Below the pieces are notes generated by a model. The model was not told the origin of the DNA. It saw only the letters and a list, made by a program, of their open reading frames with translations, and searched no databases. From the NCBI GenBank assembly GCA_047636275.1, contig JBLIKD010000001.1, positions 1 to 52,192 on the forward strand: a stretch of DNA of 52,192 nucleotides, read 5' to 3'. The stretch comes from Flavobacterium sp. (lineage in GTDB: Bacteria > Bacteroidota > Bacteroidia > Flavobacteriales > Flavobacteriaceae). The translations under genes were made by a program, and so were the position numbers. This document shows, piece after piece, positions 51,719-52,192 of the stretch (the stretch's first letter is position 1; each line of letters begins with the position of its first letter).

Positions 51719-52192
51719 GTGTCTAATCCCGTATTAAATAATTTTTAAATAGTAGTAGACCTGTTGTATATTCAGTATATTCTAAGTAATTTATTTTTAG
51801 AACATTAGGCCTTAAAGTAAACCGCTTTGAAATTAAACGTACATGTAACTAATATAAGTTTTTTGATATCAAGCGAGTAGTAGTACGCTTTGAAGTAAAA
51901 TCGATGCTAAATAGTGGTGTCTGCGCATACGCTATAATTCTTGCCGTTATAACTAACATGAAATATACCTCTGCGGTGAAGCATAATCTTAAAGTTAGTA
52001 CTGAGAGTTGTCTTGGGAAAATCGGGGCAAAAGAACTTTAGTGATGCACTATTCGTTATTTTCAGATAGAGTTCATTACGCCGCTAAAGTAAATTAGAAT
52101 TTATAAGTACCTGATTATTTGTTTAGTCTATAATAGCCTTAGTGGTGTATAGACATTCGGTATTAAAATTTTGGGGAGGAGATGTTTTCGAT

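Noticed and set aside
51780-52192. Possible decayed minus-strand gene at the right edge (..LVTCTFNFKAVYFKA*)
   Set aside because: Multiple stops and no assignable family; needs blastx with flanking sequence.

Overview
AT-rich chromosomal segment from a Flavobacterium-like member of the Bacteroidota, judged from TAnnTTTG -7 promoter boxes, a T9SS type-B CTD protein and gene content. Most of it is core genome: ppk2, MATE, SPFH, meaB, fsr, 1-Cys peroxiredoxin, nudK, purA, fur, rel, TrmH, an FtsE-like ATPase, a TPR protein plus beta-barrel OMP, two asnB, gyrB, mdh and secDF. An 8-gene amino-sugar glycan locus (FemAB-like GNAT, DegT, Wzx, FdtA, four glycosyltransferases) is divergent from a T9SS cargo gene. 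Features missing from the ORF track include a truncated SDR at the left edge, several decayed genes (549-952, 995-1831, 2942-3468, ~11140-11748), a 56-aa membrane ORF and REP-like palindromes. The strongest leads are: (1) a decayed cassette-like array at 10.6-12.4 kb with attC-like spacers; (2) a 47-bp promoter block shared by two diverged asnB paralogues that flank a lipoprotein amidohydrolase; (3) the glycan locus as a possible aminoacyl-sugar anchor pathway; (4) the orphan FtsE / TPR / barrel module; (5) a Gre-like factor with a possible structured leader. All family calls come from motif recognition by eye; no database searches were run.
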